Source of the DNA: Dimorphilus gyrociliatus
Lineage: Eukaryota > Animalia > Annelida
NCBI GenBank assembly: GCA_904063045.1
Contig: CAJFCJ010000020.1
Location: forward strand, 1,418,916-1,482,915
DNA length: 64,000 nucleotides
Reading direction: 5' to 3'
Position numbers and translations under genes: made by a program
The notes under the pieces: generated by a model
Database searches by the model: none
The model's input: the letters and a program-made list of their open reading frames with translations, nothing else
Told to the model about the DNA's origin: nothing
In this document: positions 1-11,261 of the stretch, piece by piece
Numbering within the stretch: the stretch's first letter is position 1
Layout of the letters: each line of letters opens with the position of its first letter

Positions 1-937
1 GTCTATATAGTCTACTCTAAAGGCGTTCTCTAGATACAAACTATTTTGTATTCCCTTCAACAAAAACATTTTTCTAATTTAATTTTTCTTTTATCGATAA
101 ATAAATGAAATAAAATATAAGATAAAAAATAACACTATGACAAACTAACCTGTAAACAAATCTACTAAGATGAGTACTGTTGGAAAACATTTAATTCATA
201 TAATATGAATTAAACGAATTCGTTTCATATTCAACTTTTAAGTATAATTGATTTCGTTTTTCTTTCTTACTTTTCAAAGAAAGAAATAATTGAAATAAAG
301 TTTTTCTTCTTATTAAATCTTAGTAACGACCTCGTGCAGATTATTTTCAATTTCATTATACAACATCGATTAATCGCTATCTTAGTTGATTATTTAAGCT
401 TCTCTCAAAGGACTCGCAAACGCTTTTTTCTTGAAAATTTTACCTCAGAACTTCGTTTTTCGAAACACATATCACAATTAACATTTATCAATCGTGATAA
501 GTATTAATAGCTGACATTTCTTAACCTCATATCTCTCTTGTCGCAATCGTTTTAATATACTTCTTATGATTAATTGATATAAATTTACTTTCTATATCTT
601 GCATTACTTGGAAAGATTTTCTATGCGATTAACAAGCTAATGACAATCTATTAAATCTGTTCAATCTATTTTACACCTTTGTCAATCTATTAGATCATTT
701 CTTTCGTATATTTAACGAAGAGCAAGAGAACTTACCGAAACAAACTTATTCGGTGAAGCAGGCCATAATAAACTATATCTATATCTGTAATTAAATAAAT
801 AGTAATTAATTGAGATAATACATAATGATGTTTCACTCTTACCATCATTTTAAACTGATAATGAACACGGATTACTTGTAATACTAGATGATAGAGATAG
901 AACAATGAAGGGAGATCAAGATAGATGAGTAAGTAGA

Positions 938-975
938 GGCAGAGAGAGAGCGAGAGAGAGAGAGAGAGAGACAGA
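938..975. repeat. (GA)n microsatellite
   Basis: Direct run of ga dinucleotides. Confidence 0.9.
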
Positions 976-2573
976 AAGAAATAGACAGATTGAAGGACAG
1001 ATAGGCAGATAGAGGGAGGAACGGAGAAAAGAAAGAAGGCAAACTACAAGACACAAAGGAGAATGCTTATTTGTTGTCGAAACGGAAACACGTTTATAAA
1101 ACACCGTTAAAAGAATGAAATATTCTAACAAAATATCCAATAAATACGACAGTCATGAAAATTCTTCATATAGCAGAAGCTTTATAGGAAATGAATGGCA
1201 ATCAACAGAGAGCTGTCATGTTTTACTCGCATAGATAATTCCAAGAAAGATACGAATACTAAATTTGCATCATTCTTTTAAACAAGAAGACACTACAGCT
1301 GATACTTATATTCACAAATTTGATAGTTTCTCTTATGAAGAGTTTAAATTTCGCAAAAATAATTACTTCTTAAGTTAAACTTGAAGTAGAGAAACGAGAA
1401 AACAAAGATTTTGCATTTTCTTCTCTAAGGCGTGGTACGAAATTATTGTTTGAACATGAAGCTAGTTATATATACTGTATATACAGTATATTAATTTATA
1501 TGCATGCATATAGCCTATATAGTCTTTTGTTTTCGTGATATCTTACAGAAAATTAGCTTCCTTTCACTCCTTGTAGGGTTTCTTAGTTACTCACTTTACT
1601 TTAATACATAATACGAAAGCTTAATTAAAGTACAAAGTGAGAGAGAAAGAGAGTAAAATTTATCATTGAGGATATTTTCATATTGTAAAAGACTACGGGA
1701 GTGAATGATTTTATTATAAGATTTCTTATATCTGCTAAAATTGACCATGAAAACTTTCATGAGCGATATTAGCACTCCCGCCTATTAATAGTATGTTGGC
1801 AAGATTAGACTGTAAAAGGAAGGATATGGGTACTGGATTGGCAGTTAATTGTGGTACATGAATACGTGTGAACGGATGAAGATAGGAACTTTTAGCATTC
1901 AGTAAATAACAATAAATATCATAGAAAACAAGTAAACTAACTAGTCAATAAAACTAATAAACACTTAAGATTAATTTATATACTTCACTTTACCTTGCCT
2001 TTGTTTTTCTTATATTTCTACTTGAAAAGTGTTATTCGGCGTCTCCTTTAAAAATGACAGAGTTATTGATAAACAACTGAAACGTTTATAGAATTAACTA
2101 TGTCTCCTTTGAAAAATTTTTTTCCTATCCTCTATCTTCTAACACGTAATATAAAATAGAAGACAAGATATATCTTGATCTCTTTCTCTCTTCTATTGAC
2201 AGTTATCAAGATTAAATCATAATTATTCTTTTATTAAAAAGAAAAAAGAAGAGATTAGTTGTGGGATTTGAAATAAAAGAAACTGATTAGCAGAGAAGAC
2301 TTCTTGGAAAATTGGCAGGAATTAATTAGTCTAAATCTCGTTTCTTACAAGATAATTGATTCCTAATTTTTTCTCAATTAAAATCAATGAATAAATTGAC
2401 ACAAAATTCTAAAAATACAGTAAAATCAGGGTGCTATATATAATGTATTAATTACAAACAAACGTTGCATTTATAACATAAATAAAGTAAACTGCAAAAT
2501 TTTGAACGTCATTTAGTATATTTTATTCATTATACAAGCGTTTCCATTAAGTATTACAATTGCGGAAAGAAGG

Positions 2574-2584
2574 AGAGAGAGAGA

Positions 2585-2617
<33 letters not shown>
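2574..2617. repeat. (GA)n microsatellite
   Basis: Direct run of ga dinucleotides. Confidence 0.9.
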
Positions 2618-3606
2618 GGAAACAATAAATAGCATATTTTAAAAAGATATTGTAGAAAATAATAAAAATTACACAAAAATAAAGAAAAACAACAGAAAAA
2701 ATTGTAAAAGATTCATTTTCTATAAATTGCAAAGATTTATAACCCGATTAAAATTGTTTGTAAACAATGCTAAAATTAAACTATAATACTAAAATAACTT
2801 AAAAATTTGTGGAAGCTACAGACGTAAGTCGAATATCGATTCTATCAGAAAAAGAGATACGTGATTTTTTCAAGTGTTTTTCAATAATAACAAACTATTA
2901 TTACAGGTTAAAAGACAAACTAAATTAATAAATAATTACTATTATAACTAATTAAAAGACTTTATATAGATTTTACAGAACTTGACATTGTTTTACATTT
3001 TTCTACACATAGCACATTTCTAAGGAAAACAACTTATACATATATAAAATATCAAGATTTTATATTTAGTTATTTAACGTAGCAGTTATATTAATTGGTC
3101 ATACATATATATAAATATATATTAATGTTCCATATATAGTAATTTCAATTATACTGCTGCTTGGTTTTACACTACCTATAAATAAATGTTTGTTTTTATT
3201 TTAATATAAATAATTTAGTTATGAAATAAATGTAATATTTCGTATTTGAGATGTTAACATTGCTGTATTTCTCTTCAGAGTTTACAAGACTGGCCAAAAA
3301 AAATCATGTTCTCTTTTTTCTGTTTTTTTTATGGTCCTCTTTTTGTACAAACTCTCGATATAGCTATTCAAACTAATAAAACATTACATTCATAGTAACC
3401 AGGATAGAATAAATAAGATGATAGATTTAAATTATTTACAGATGTGAACAAATACACATATCTCTTTAGCAGAAGAGATAATCATTTTTGCTTAAACTAT
3501 ACAATAAATCACTTAACATTTATAGTACCAGATAAAAAAAAAACATAGAGATATAGCCTGTAACAAAGTTTGTTAAATAGTTAACTTTCACTATTTAATT
3601 TATTTT

Positions 3607-6440
3607 TTAATAATGTGGCGCTGAATTACCGTACGTGGCGTACGATTGAGTTTGAGTCATATTACGTAAAATATTCGGTCCAGTTGACATAAGATTATCT
3701 AAAGCTTTTTGCACATTAGCATTTTCCATATTTGTGTTAACCGGTTGAGGAATGTGATGCATATTTACAGCAGCATTGTTGAATAGACTTGAAATATGTT
3801 GTTGTAGATGTAGAGCAGATTTTGATTCGATACCTCCTTTGAAAAAAGTAATTAACTGATTGTCTCCAAAATATCCCAATTATATAAATTAGTATGCAAT
3901 ACTTTTTCTCTTATTCTTAATGTTTTTTATAATTATTATTAATTTCTTTTAATAATAGCAAAGAAACAAGAGCGTAACTTTACAAAAATATTACTTACCA
4001 TTTTTAGCTACCAATCTTGCCCTACGTTCTTGTAAATATTCCATAACTTTATCTATTTCTTCTACTGTTAAAACTCTATCATCGGCTAATAAATTTAATA
4101 AATACTTTGTATGTTCATCCGGTGGTATGAAATCACCTACAGTTTGAGGCAATTTAGAGCCTAGTAAAGAAAAATAAAATATTACAAATATATTTTCTAT
4201 CAAGTTCACTTAATATATGAAAATAATGGAAAAAGCTTTCTTCATTTACCTTCACTTCGTTCTTTTACCCGTCGGACATGTTCGTCAAATGTTCTTGATA
4301 TTAAACCTAGTGCAGCTTCCAATGGCATATTTCTATGTTCTGTTTTCATTCAAAAAACATACAAAAATTATTATTGTTAACTAAAAGAAATTCAGAAAAA
4401 AATATTATCATTCTAGATAAAATTAAGAAGAGTATCAATAAAGAAAAAAAAACCACTGTTTTCTCTTTACCTTGAGGTGAATCTTGGCAAATATTTAATG
4501 TCATCGAATGATGAATTTCATTTTCTTCTTTTACAGTTAAACAAAATAATAACCCTCGCCTCGTTGCGCCCTCTACAGCTAAACGAGGAGACATATCGTC
4601 TGGTAGTAATTTCGCAACAGCTCTGAGGCCTAAAGTATATAGTCGTTCGACGATTGATTCACCATATCGCCTAATAATCGAGAAACAATAATCAATAAAA
4701 GAGAATATAAATCAAAATTCTTTTAAATAAAAAGGTAGAAAAAGTGCGTCATTAAAATAATAAAAGGTAAAGAATTATACTAATAAAATTGTGCCATTCA
4801 CCTTAATTCATGAGATGTATAATAAACTTCACAGTCTAAAAGTTGAGATTGGTTGTGGCCTGATACAGGAACTCCCCTGTAAGCGCTGAAGAAATAAAAA
4901 CAAATTAAAACTGTTTGGTATAGAATTATTGTTAGACTTACGCGTATGGATCAAATCCAGGTGGTGGCATTTTAATTGGAATGTTGGGTCTAGATAAAAA
5001 TAAAAAGAATGCAAAATTTTCTTAATGAATATTTTATGGAAGTAAGTACTCAATACCAATTGAGAAAACAAAGCCTAAACAAACTTTTTTAATAATAAAA
5101 AAAATATCTAAATGAAAACGTAGAATTTGCTTTAAATATACCGTACGAGTATTAATGTCATATATTCTTCAAATCTTATTCTTTAAGATAGAGTTAATCG
5201 GAAAGAAATGCGATTCTATAGCAACATTTTACTATTTTTACATCTGTTGTCAATACTAATCCTATCAAGCAACAGGCGTTGGTTGTAAAGTGAAATATCA
5301 CTTTATCACGTTATAAAATTTTTTATACTAACGAATAAGAGTCAATATTCTTCCGTTCTTGAGAGTCATCGTAATCTTTTCTAGGGAACTGTTTTTTCCT
5401 ATATCCTTTCTTTCCCTCAATTACTATACAAACATCAATTTTTGCACCCTTTATATATTTTCCTGTTTCACCGTCAACGGCGGCTCTTGCATCTCCTTCA
5501 TTGTTATACTGGACAAAACCAAATCCCTTATGAACAGAGACTCCTCTAACGTAGCCATATTTTTTAAATATATCTTCCAAGTCATCTCTTGTTAATTGAT
5601 CAGTTGCTAAATTCCCTATAAATATTCTACTAACTAAATCTTTTGGATCATTGCTATTAGTATCATTCGTTGTACGTCGCATTCGTTTATCGTCGTGATG
5701 CCGATCACGAGGTGACCTCGATCTTGATCTTCTTCTTCCTCCATAGCTAGGTGAAGACGATTGCGATCGACAAGGTGAAATGGATCTAGACGAGTTTTCT
5801 GAGCGGCTACGCTTTCTATGTTGCTGTTCACTTGAAGGGCTCCGACTATGACTATTTCTTCGAGGAGAATCTTCTAGAGAAAATAATATAATTAAATCTT
5901 TGTACAATGGATGAAATGGAAAGACAAAAATAAAAAGTAATAGCAACTATAACTACAATTTTTATAAAGTTTCTATTTTTTTTCAAGTGCTTTAATTATT
6001 ATGATTTTGTCATTTCGCTTTAAATGTTTTGCCGTAAATAAGTATTATCATAAAATTACTAAAAATAACCAACTGCAACTTTCAATTTATAAAAAAAGGT
6101 AACATAATGAAATGAAGGGAAAAGTGTAATGCGTAGAAAATAAAATAAGAAGAGCTCTTTGTCTTAAAAGTAAAACTTAATTTCACTTGAAAAATTTTAG
6201 ATATAGGAAAATAAAACATCATACATTAATCGTCAAGAATCATATAATTATCAGATGCAAAGACATAACTTAGTTTGCAAAACATTATTTGAAGTGAACA
6301 TTTTCAACATCTATGAATTTTTATTCCATAGGTTTCTTAGCGTCACAAGCTGATCATGCACAATAATAGTAAAATACTTGCAAAATCTTTATGATTATAC
6401 CTAGTATCTTTATGCATTCATCCGCCAGGCTTAAACTCAT
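3607..6440 (-). CDS. NCOA5: Nuclear receptor coactivator 5-like protein (SR-rich N-terminus, RRM, NCOA5 core), ~464 aa, 8 coding exons
   Basis: Exons 6440-6401, 5873-5333, 4989-4942, 4885-4802, 4670-4471, 4339-4250, 4160-3999 and 3836-3607 join in frame via GT-AG introns (1395 nt). It has an RRM (RIFIGNL...KGFGFVQY) and NCOA5-like motifs SMTLNICQDSPQEHRNMP and LLNLLADDRVLTVEEIDKVMEYLQERRARL. Confidence 0.88.
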
Positions 6441-6678
6441 GTTCTCCTACTATTAAAGCCAGAGCAATTTATTTAAAGCTTTATCTATATCAGCCAACTC
6501 TAAAATCTCTCAGACAGTAACACTCTTTTACTTCACCAGCTAGGCAAAAACCGAAAAAAATAGCCAAGCCGGAAGTAGTTCGATAACATGGTGGAAAATT
6601 ATTCGGGTGGCCAGTTTATTTCAAACAATAATATGGTTCCGCGTTCGACTCTATTTTGCAGTCCTAAGATTCTGTAAG
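6441..6678. promoter_or_regulatory. Bidirectional promoter region between NCOA5 and DCTN4
   Basis: The two divergent start codons are only 238 nt apart. An ETS-type CCGGAAGT lies at 6569-6576 and a YY1-like AAGATGGCG overlaps the DCTN4 ATG. Confidence 0.6.
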
Positions 6679-9028
6679 ATGGCGACTTACGTGGATTTCG
6701 ACAGGGTGCAATATATGGCTGATTTAGGAGTTAAAGCCCCTTTGTGTCGACTCCATTTTTGTAGGCATTGTATGAAACTCCGTTCAACTGACTGTGTATC
6801 TCATGAAGTATGTAGAAGCCTCCTTGGCAAATATTTTTTAGAAAGAAACAAACTTTAGGCCTATTATTGCAGATCGATTCTCATTACTGCCCCCATTGCT
6901 TTGAAAACATGTCACCAGCTGAAGCAAAATTAAAAAAGAACAAGTACGAAAATTTTCTTGCTTTAAAAATAAAACATCTCATTCTAATGTTTTGTTTATA
7001 GATGTGCCAGTTGTTTTGAGTGTCCGAGCTGCTTTCATACTTTATCTACAAGAGCAACTGGAGCCCCTAACCCGGGTGATGATCCTTCAAGACCAGCAGG
7101 AAGGAAAGTTTATTATATGGGTTGTGGATTCTGTAGATGGACAACAAAAGTTGCCGGAATCCCCAATCAAACAGTTGGTTAGCATATCACGTTATACTGT
7201 ATATTAGTATTCGCAGCTGTTTTTGATGGAGATTCTGTTTTTTTTTCTTAGGGAGCGGAGCTTGGTCTGAAAAAGAAAATACAAACTCTGAGCGGGTACT
7301 AATAAAATAATAAATTTACAAGATAAAGAGATCACATTAAAATTAACAAAAAAATCCGATAATTCTTTTAGATTAACACACTTATGGAATATTTTCAACA
7401 ATTAGCTGCAATTGAGAAACAAGAAAAAGATAAAAAAAAATTTATAAGGAGAAAAAGCTTTATACCTTTTTCTGTAGGTGTCTATTAGAAATACTTGTAA
7501 CAGTTCTAATGTTTTCAATTAATTTAGGAGAAATTCGGCTTGTCTTCAACCAGAAAGAGGGCCAGCATTAATCCAGGACTCTCCAGTTTAAGGTATTTAT
7601 TCAATTGTGAGCTTGATATAAATTAGAAAAGTCTTTTTGATGTCGTGAGTAAGTGTTGTACCTCTTACCGAACTGTAACTAATTTCAGCCGAGTATCACA
7701 ATATTATTTATTTGGGTAAGATTAGTTTGCATGATAAAAGATGACATATTTATAAAGCATTGAATTGATGAAACTAATATATTTATGTACATAAACGTGC
7801 ATTTGTATAATCACTGCCAATGATTCTGCTAATTTTCAAGCGTCGTAGTTACTTTAACTAGATATTTTTTTTTCTACACTTCTACAAATTTAGCTCTTGA
7901 CTTAAACATGTTCAGTAAAATATGAATTAGAATTAAAAAAAAAAATTTAATTGTTTAGTTTGAAAGAAAATCCCAAAGTGATGGATATTGAGCCTGCCGA
8001 AGCTTCTGAACAAATAGAGGAACTTTCTGATGAATTTATAAAAAACCCGTTAAAATTAAATGAAAGTGAGTTTTGTAAATGAAACAAAAATGAAACTGTA
8101 TCAAACAAAAAGATATTTATAAAATTTTTTATCAAACAATTTTAGTGACGACTTTAAAACAAAGGCTTGCTACACCGCATTTTCAACCCAATTTCTTTAG
8201 TGAATTGTATCCTAGGCACAAGAATCTTCTTACTCAAAGATCGCTACGCTGCAAAGAATGTGAACATAATGTTATTAAGCCAGAATTTAATCCTTGCTCC
8301 ATTAAATATCGAATTCAACTTGTTGCTATTTATCACGTGCCGGAAATTAGACTTTTTTCTCAACCGAACTTAGAAATTGGAAAAGAAACCCAAGTTATCC
8401 TTACTTTACTCAATCCATTTGATTATGCTGTAACTGTTACTGTTCATGAGCTAAAGGAAGCTGTTTTCAATGCCGAAGTATGTTAAATAATTAAGAACAG
8501 ACACAACAACTTATTAATCTTTATTCTTATTTACTTCAGCTGTCTCTACCCGAGTGCGACTTGTCTCTGCCAGCTAGGGATGAAACTGCAGAGTTTGACG
8601 ACTGTGCAGCTAATCAAGACTTTCAAGATGACCCGAGGTAAAAAAGTTTATTATAAATATTGAAACTTTTTACGCATAAAGAAATTATATCACTGACAGA
8701 AAAGGAATATTTTCTTAATAATGTTTTTTCCCATAGTGTGGTGACGTTTAGAAAATCAAACAAGTTAGGATTTTTTATCAAGGTCACTCCAAAACCTTCT
8801 GCCGCTGGAGCAAAAGTTGTGGTACGAGTTTAGAGCTAAATTATCGGAATTAGCACCTTATATTCACGAACCCTTTTTCTTTTTTTCCAGATCCCTTTTC
8901 AAATTCGCTACAATTATCGAAACATGACGGCGTCGAGTGCTTTAACTGATCCAACGGCATATGAGACTGTTTCTCTGCAACAAAGCGTGTTTGTTGATTT
9001 GGGTGATTTGAATAGTACTGCAGCTTAG
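6679..9028 (+). CDS. DCTN4: Dynactin subunit 4 (p62), multi-exon
   Basis: N-terminus [12 protein letters not shown]...[19 protein letters not shown]|[23 protein letters not shown]; later [37 protein letters not shown] and [11 protein letters not shown]. Stop TAG at 9026-9028. Confidence 0.93.
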
Positions 9029-9299
9029 ACTTTTTTTAATTATGTATGCTTTTGAAGCAGAAAATTTGTAAGACTACTCCGCTTTTCTTTGGTAATTCGG
9101 CTGCATAGTTAAAAGTTTAATTTATTTTATTTACGGTTTTTGTTTATTTTCGTTCAATATAAAATACGAATTCAACTTCACAGTTCGATCAGACATAAAT
9201 GCTGTGGAAATACTTATTATTATAAAACCAATAAAAAACAACTCATAATGAGATTTTGCTTGAACGATATACAGTATCAAAGAAAGGTTTAAGTTTTGC

Positions 9300-10493
9300 T
9301 CAACATATTGAAGTAAGCATTTCACTTTTTTGACTTTCGTATAAATTGACTATTTCGTTTTTGTCCAGACTCGCATCAAGCACCTATTTCGATTTTAAAA
9401 AGAACCCCTAATTATTTTTATAGTAGATTATGAAACACACGAACCATAACGTCTCTGGCCTCAGCCTTTTTAGTTATAAGCCATTCCTCATGTAGATCAT
9501 GAAGTTTTTCGATAAATGATAATGATATTGTGTTCTCTTCGCTTCTATCCCGTTTTAGAATTCTGTCATAGCAGACTTTCGGTGAAGCTTGAAGGTATAC
9601 TAAAATAAATCAAAACAGTTCTATTATAGAGAATTCTTTAAGTATAGATGTTTTACTATTTACCGTGCAAATCGATGTCATTTCGTTTATCTTTGGCAAG
9701 TTGTTGATACCACTCATCTAAAATATTAAATTCTAAATCTGATAGATCTCCTCTGAATCAATTTATAAATATGTAATTAATTTCTTATTAGAGTAGAAAA
9801 ACGTTTAACTCACTCTCTATAGCTATTTTCAACAAAAATATATCTTGTACTGTAGAGAGACCTTTCCATCAGAATTACCCGTGAATTCTTTAATAATATA
9901 GTAATGACTTTAGATCAAATCATTATTTATGCAAAAACTACCGTTTCCAATTGATGAGCCTCCAATCTCGTTAGTAAAGCATAGTAATTAAACGTAAAAG
10001 ACCATCTTTGAGTGTCCTTGTATAAAAGATCAAGACCATTATGTCCTTTTATATTGCACCACTTGTGTATGGGTTCGCTTACAGACTATATTAAATATTT
10101 TGTTGATAAAAGTAGTAAAATATAGGAAGCAAGTAATATATACTTTAACAGAGCTAAAACGATCAAAATAGGAGAGGAAAGTGGACTTTCCACAGCCAAT
10201 ATTGCCCTCAACTGATATCTACAACGACATATGATATTCGTAGTTTAAATAATGGTATATTTTCTTATATTTAATTTTAGATACTTTAATTTTTTTCGAA
10301 GTATCACTAGACATCACTCGACGTTGAAAACACCCTGAAAATATGAAATAGAAGTTATACAGGCTGTTAAATCCAAATTTAAATGATAATAAAATTTAAA
10401 TACTTTTTACTCACCTAGAAATGATCTTTTTGCAATAGCGGATTCTGTCAGAATGAACCTTGTAATTGTTGATTGCAATGACTTGATGGTCAT
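9300..10493 (-). CDS. TK2: Deoxynucleoside kinase (TK2/dNK family) with a putative mitochondrial presequence; missed by the ORF track
   Basis: Spliced reading gives ISVEGNIGCGKSTF (P-loop), EPIHKWCNIKGHNGLDLLYKDTQRWSFTF, LMERSLYSTRYIFVEN, VYLQASPKVCYDRILKRDRSEE and ends VLDASLDKNEIVNLYESQKSEMLTSIC* (TGA 9300-9302). ATGs at 10493 (MTIKSLQSTITRF...) and 10314 (MSSDTSKK). TK2 versus multisubstrate dNK orthology is not resolved. Confidence 0.85.
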
Positions 10494-11261
10494 TGAGGGA
10501 GCGAAACAAATTACTGAAATTATATTTATTTAACTGTACGATTTCATTATGTTACTTGAGTTATATGATTGTATGAGAAAAACTGGTAAATCTTAGGAAA
10601 AACATTCATCACTTTAGAATTTGAAAACTAATAACTCTTGGTGCATACAGATTATGAAGCCAAAGTATACAAAAATAAGTTCATTAGTTGACTTACATCT
10701 TATGTATATATGTCATTATAGCCTTCTTATGATATTTCATAAAATAGACATAATTATAGTTGTGGGGTAAATTTTTAGTTTGTAGTAGAATAGAACAATT
10801 CGAAATTATAAAAGGATATAAATGTTATGTTATCACCATGGAAAAAATTTTAATAGAAAAAAGGTGTAAGCTGTCGATCATACTATTTAATCAGTAAAAT
10901 CTTAACAATTCCAAAAAAGTTGGTATTTAATTTCAATACGGTTTCTTTTGAAAAAGAGAAGAAAGAAAATCAATGAAACTTCGCTTAGTAAATAGAACGT
11001 GTCTATATATTTTTTCAACAATATGAGTTAATGGTGCAATCATAGAAAAATTTATCAGTTGAATATTTAATTTAAACATAAATTTTATCTCAGTCAATAA
11101 TTTATTTTGAGAGGCAAGTTCTAACCAAATTCGAATTCTATTATCCGAATCGTATTGTGAACTGGACGGGTTCGCCGACTGGTGGGCCGCATATAAACTT
11201 CTGGTTGTTATACTAAAACGCCGGACAAACAGCATTTTAATTCTTGTGGAAATGAGGAGAT

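Noticed and set aside
820-900. ATGATG...CTGA...ATGA stretch resembling a C/D snoRNA
   Set aside because: There is no terminal box D, no recognisable rRNA guide and no host intron.
916-2732. ORFs 916..1140 and 2547..2732 on the minus strand
   Set aside because: They are produced by (GA)n microsatellites (SLSLSL runs) and have no real start or domain. I could not support any gene in 1-3600, although isolated minus-strand donors near 735 and 1992 might be UTR exons of a gene outside the window.
5142-5215. Possible poison exon in the NCOA5 intron (stops in all three frames)
   Set aside because: The acceptor is purine-rich with no pyrimidine tract and the donor is ordinary. AG/GT pairs like this are common by chance.
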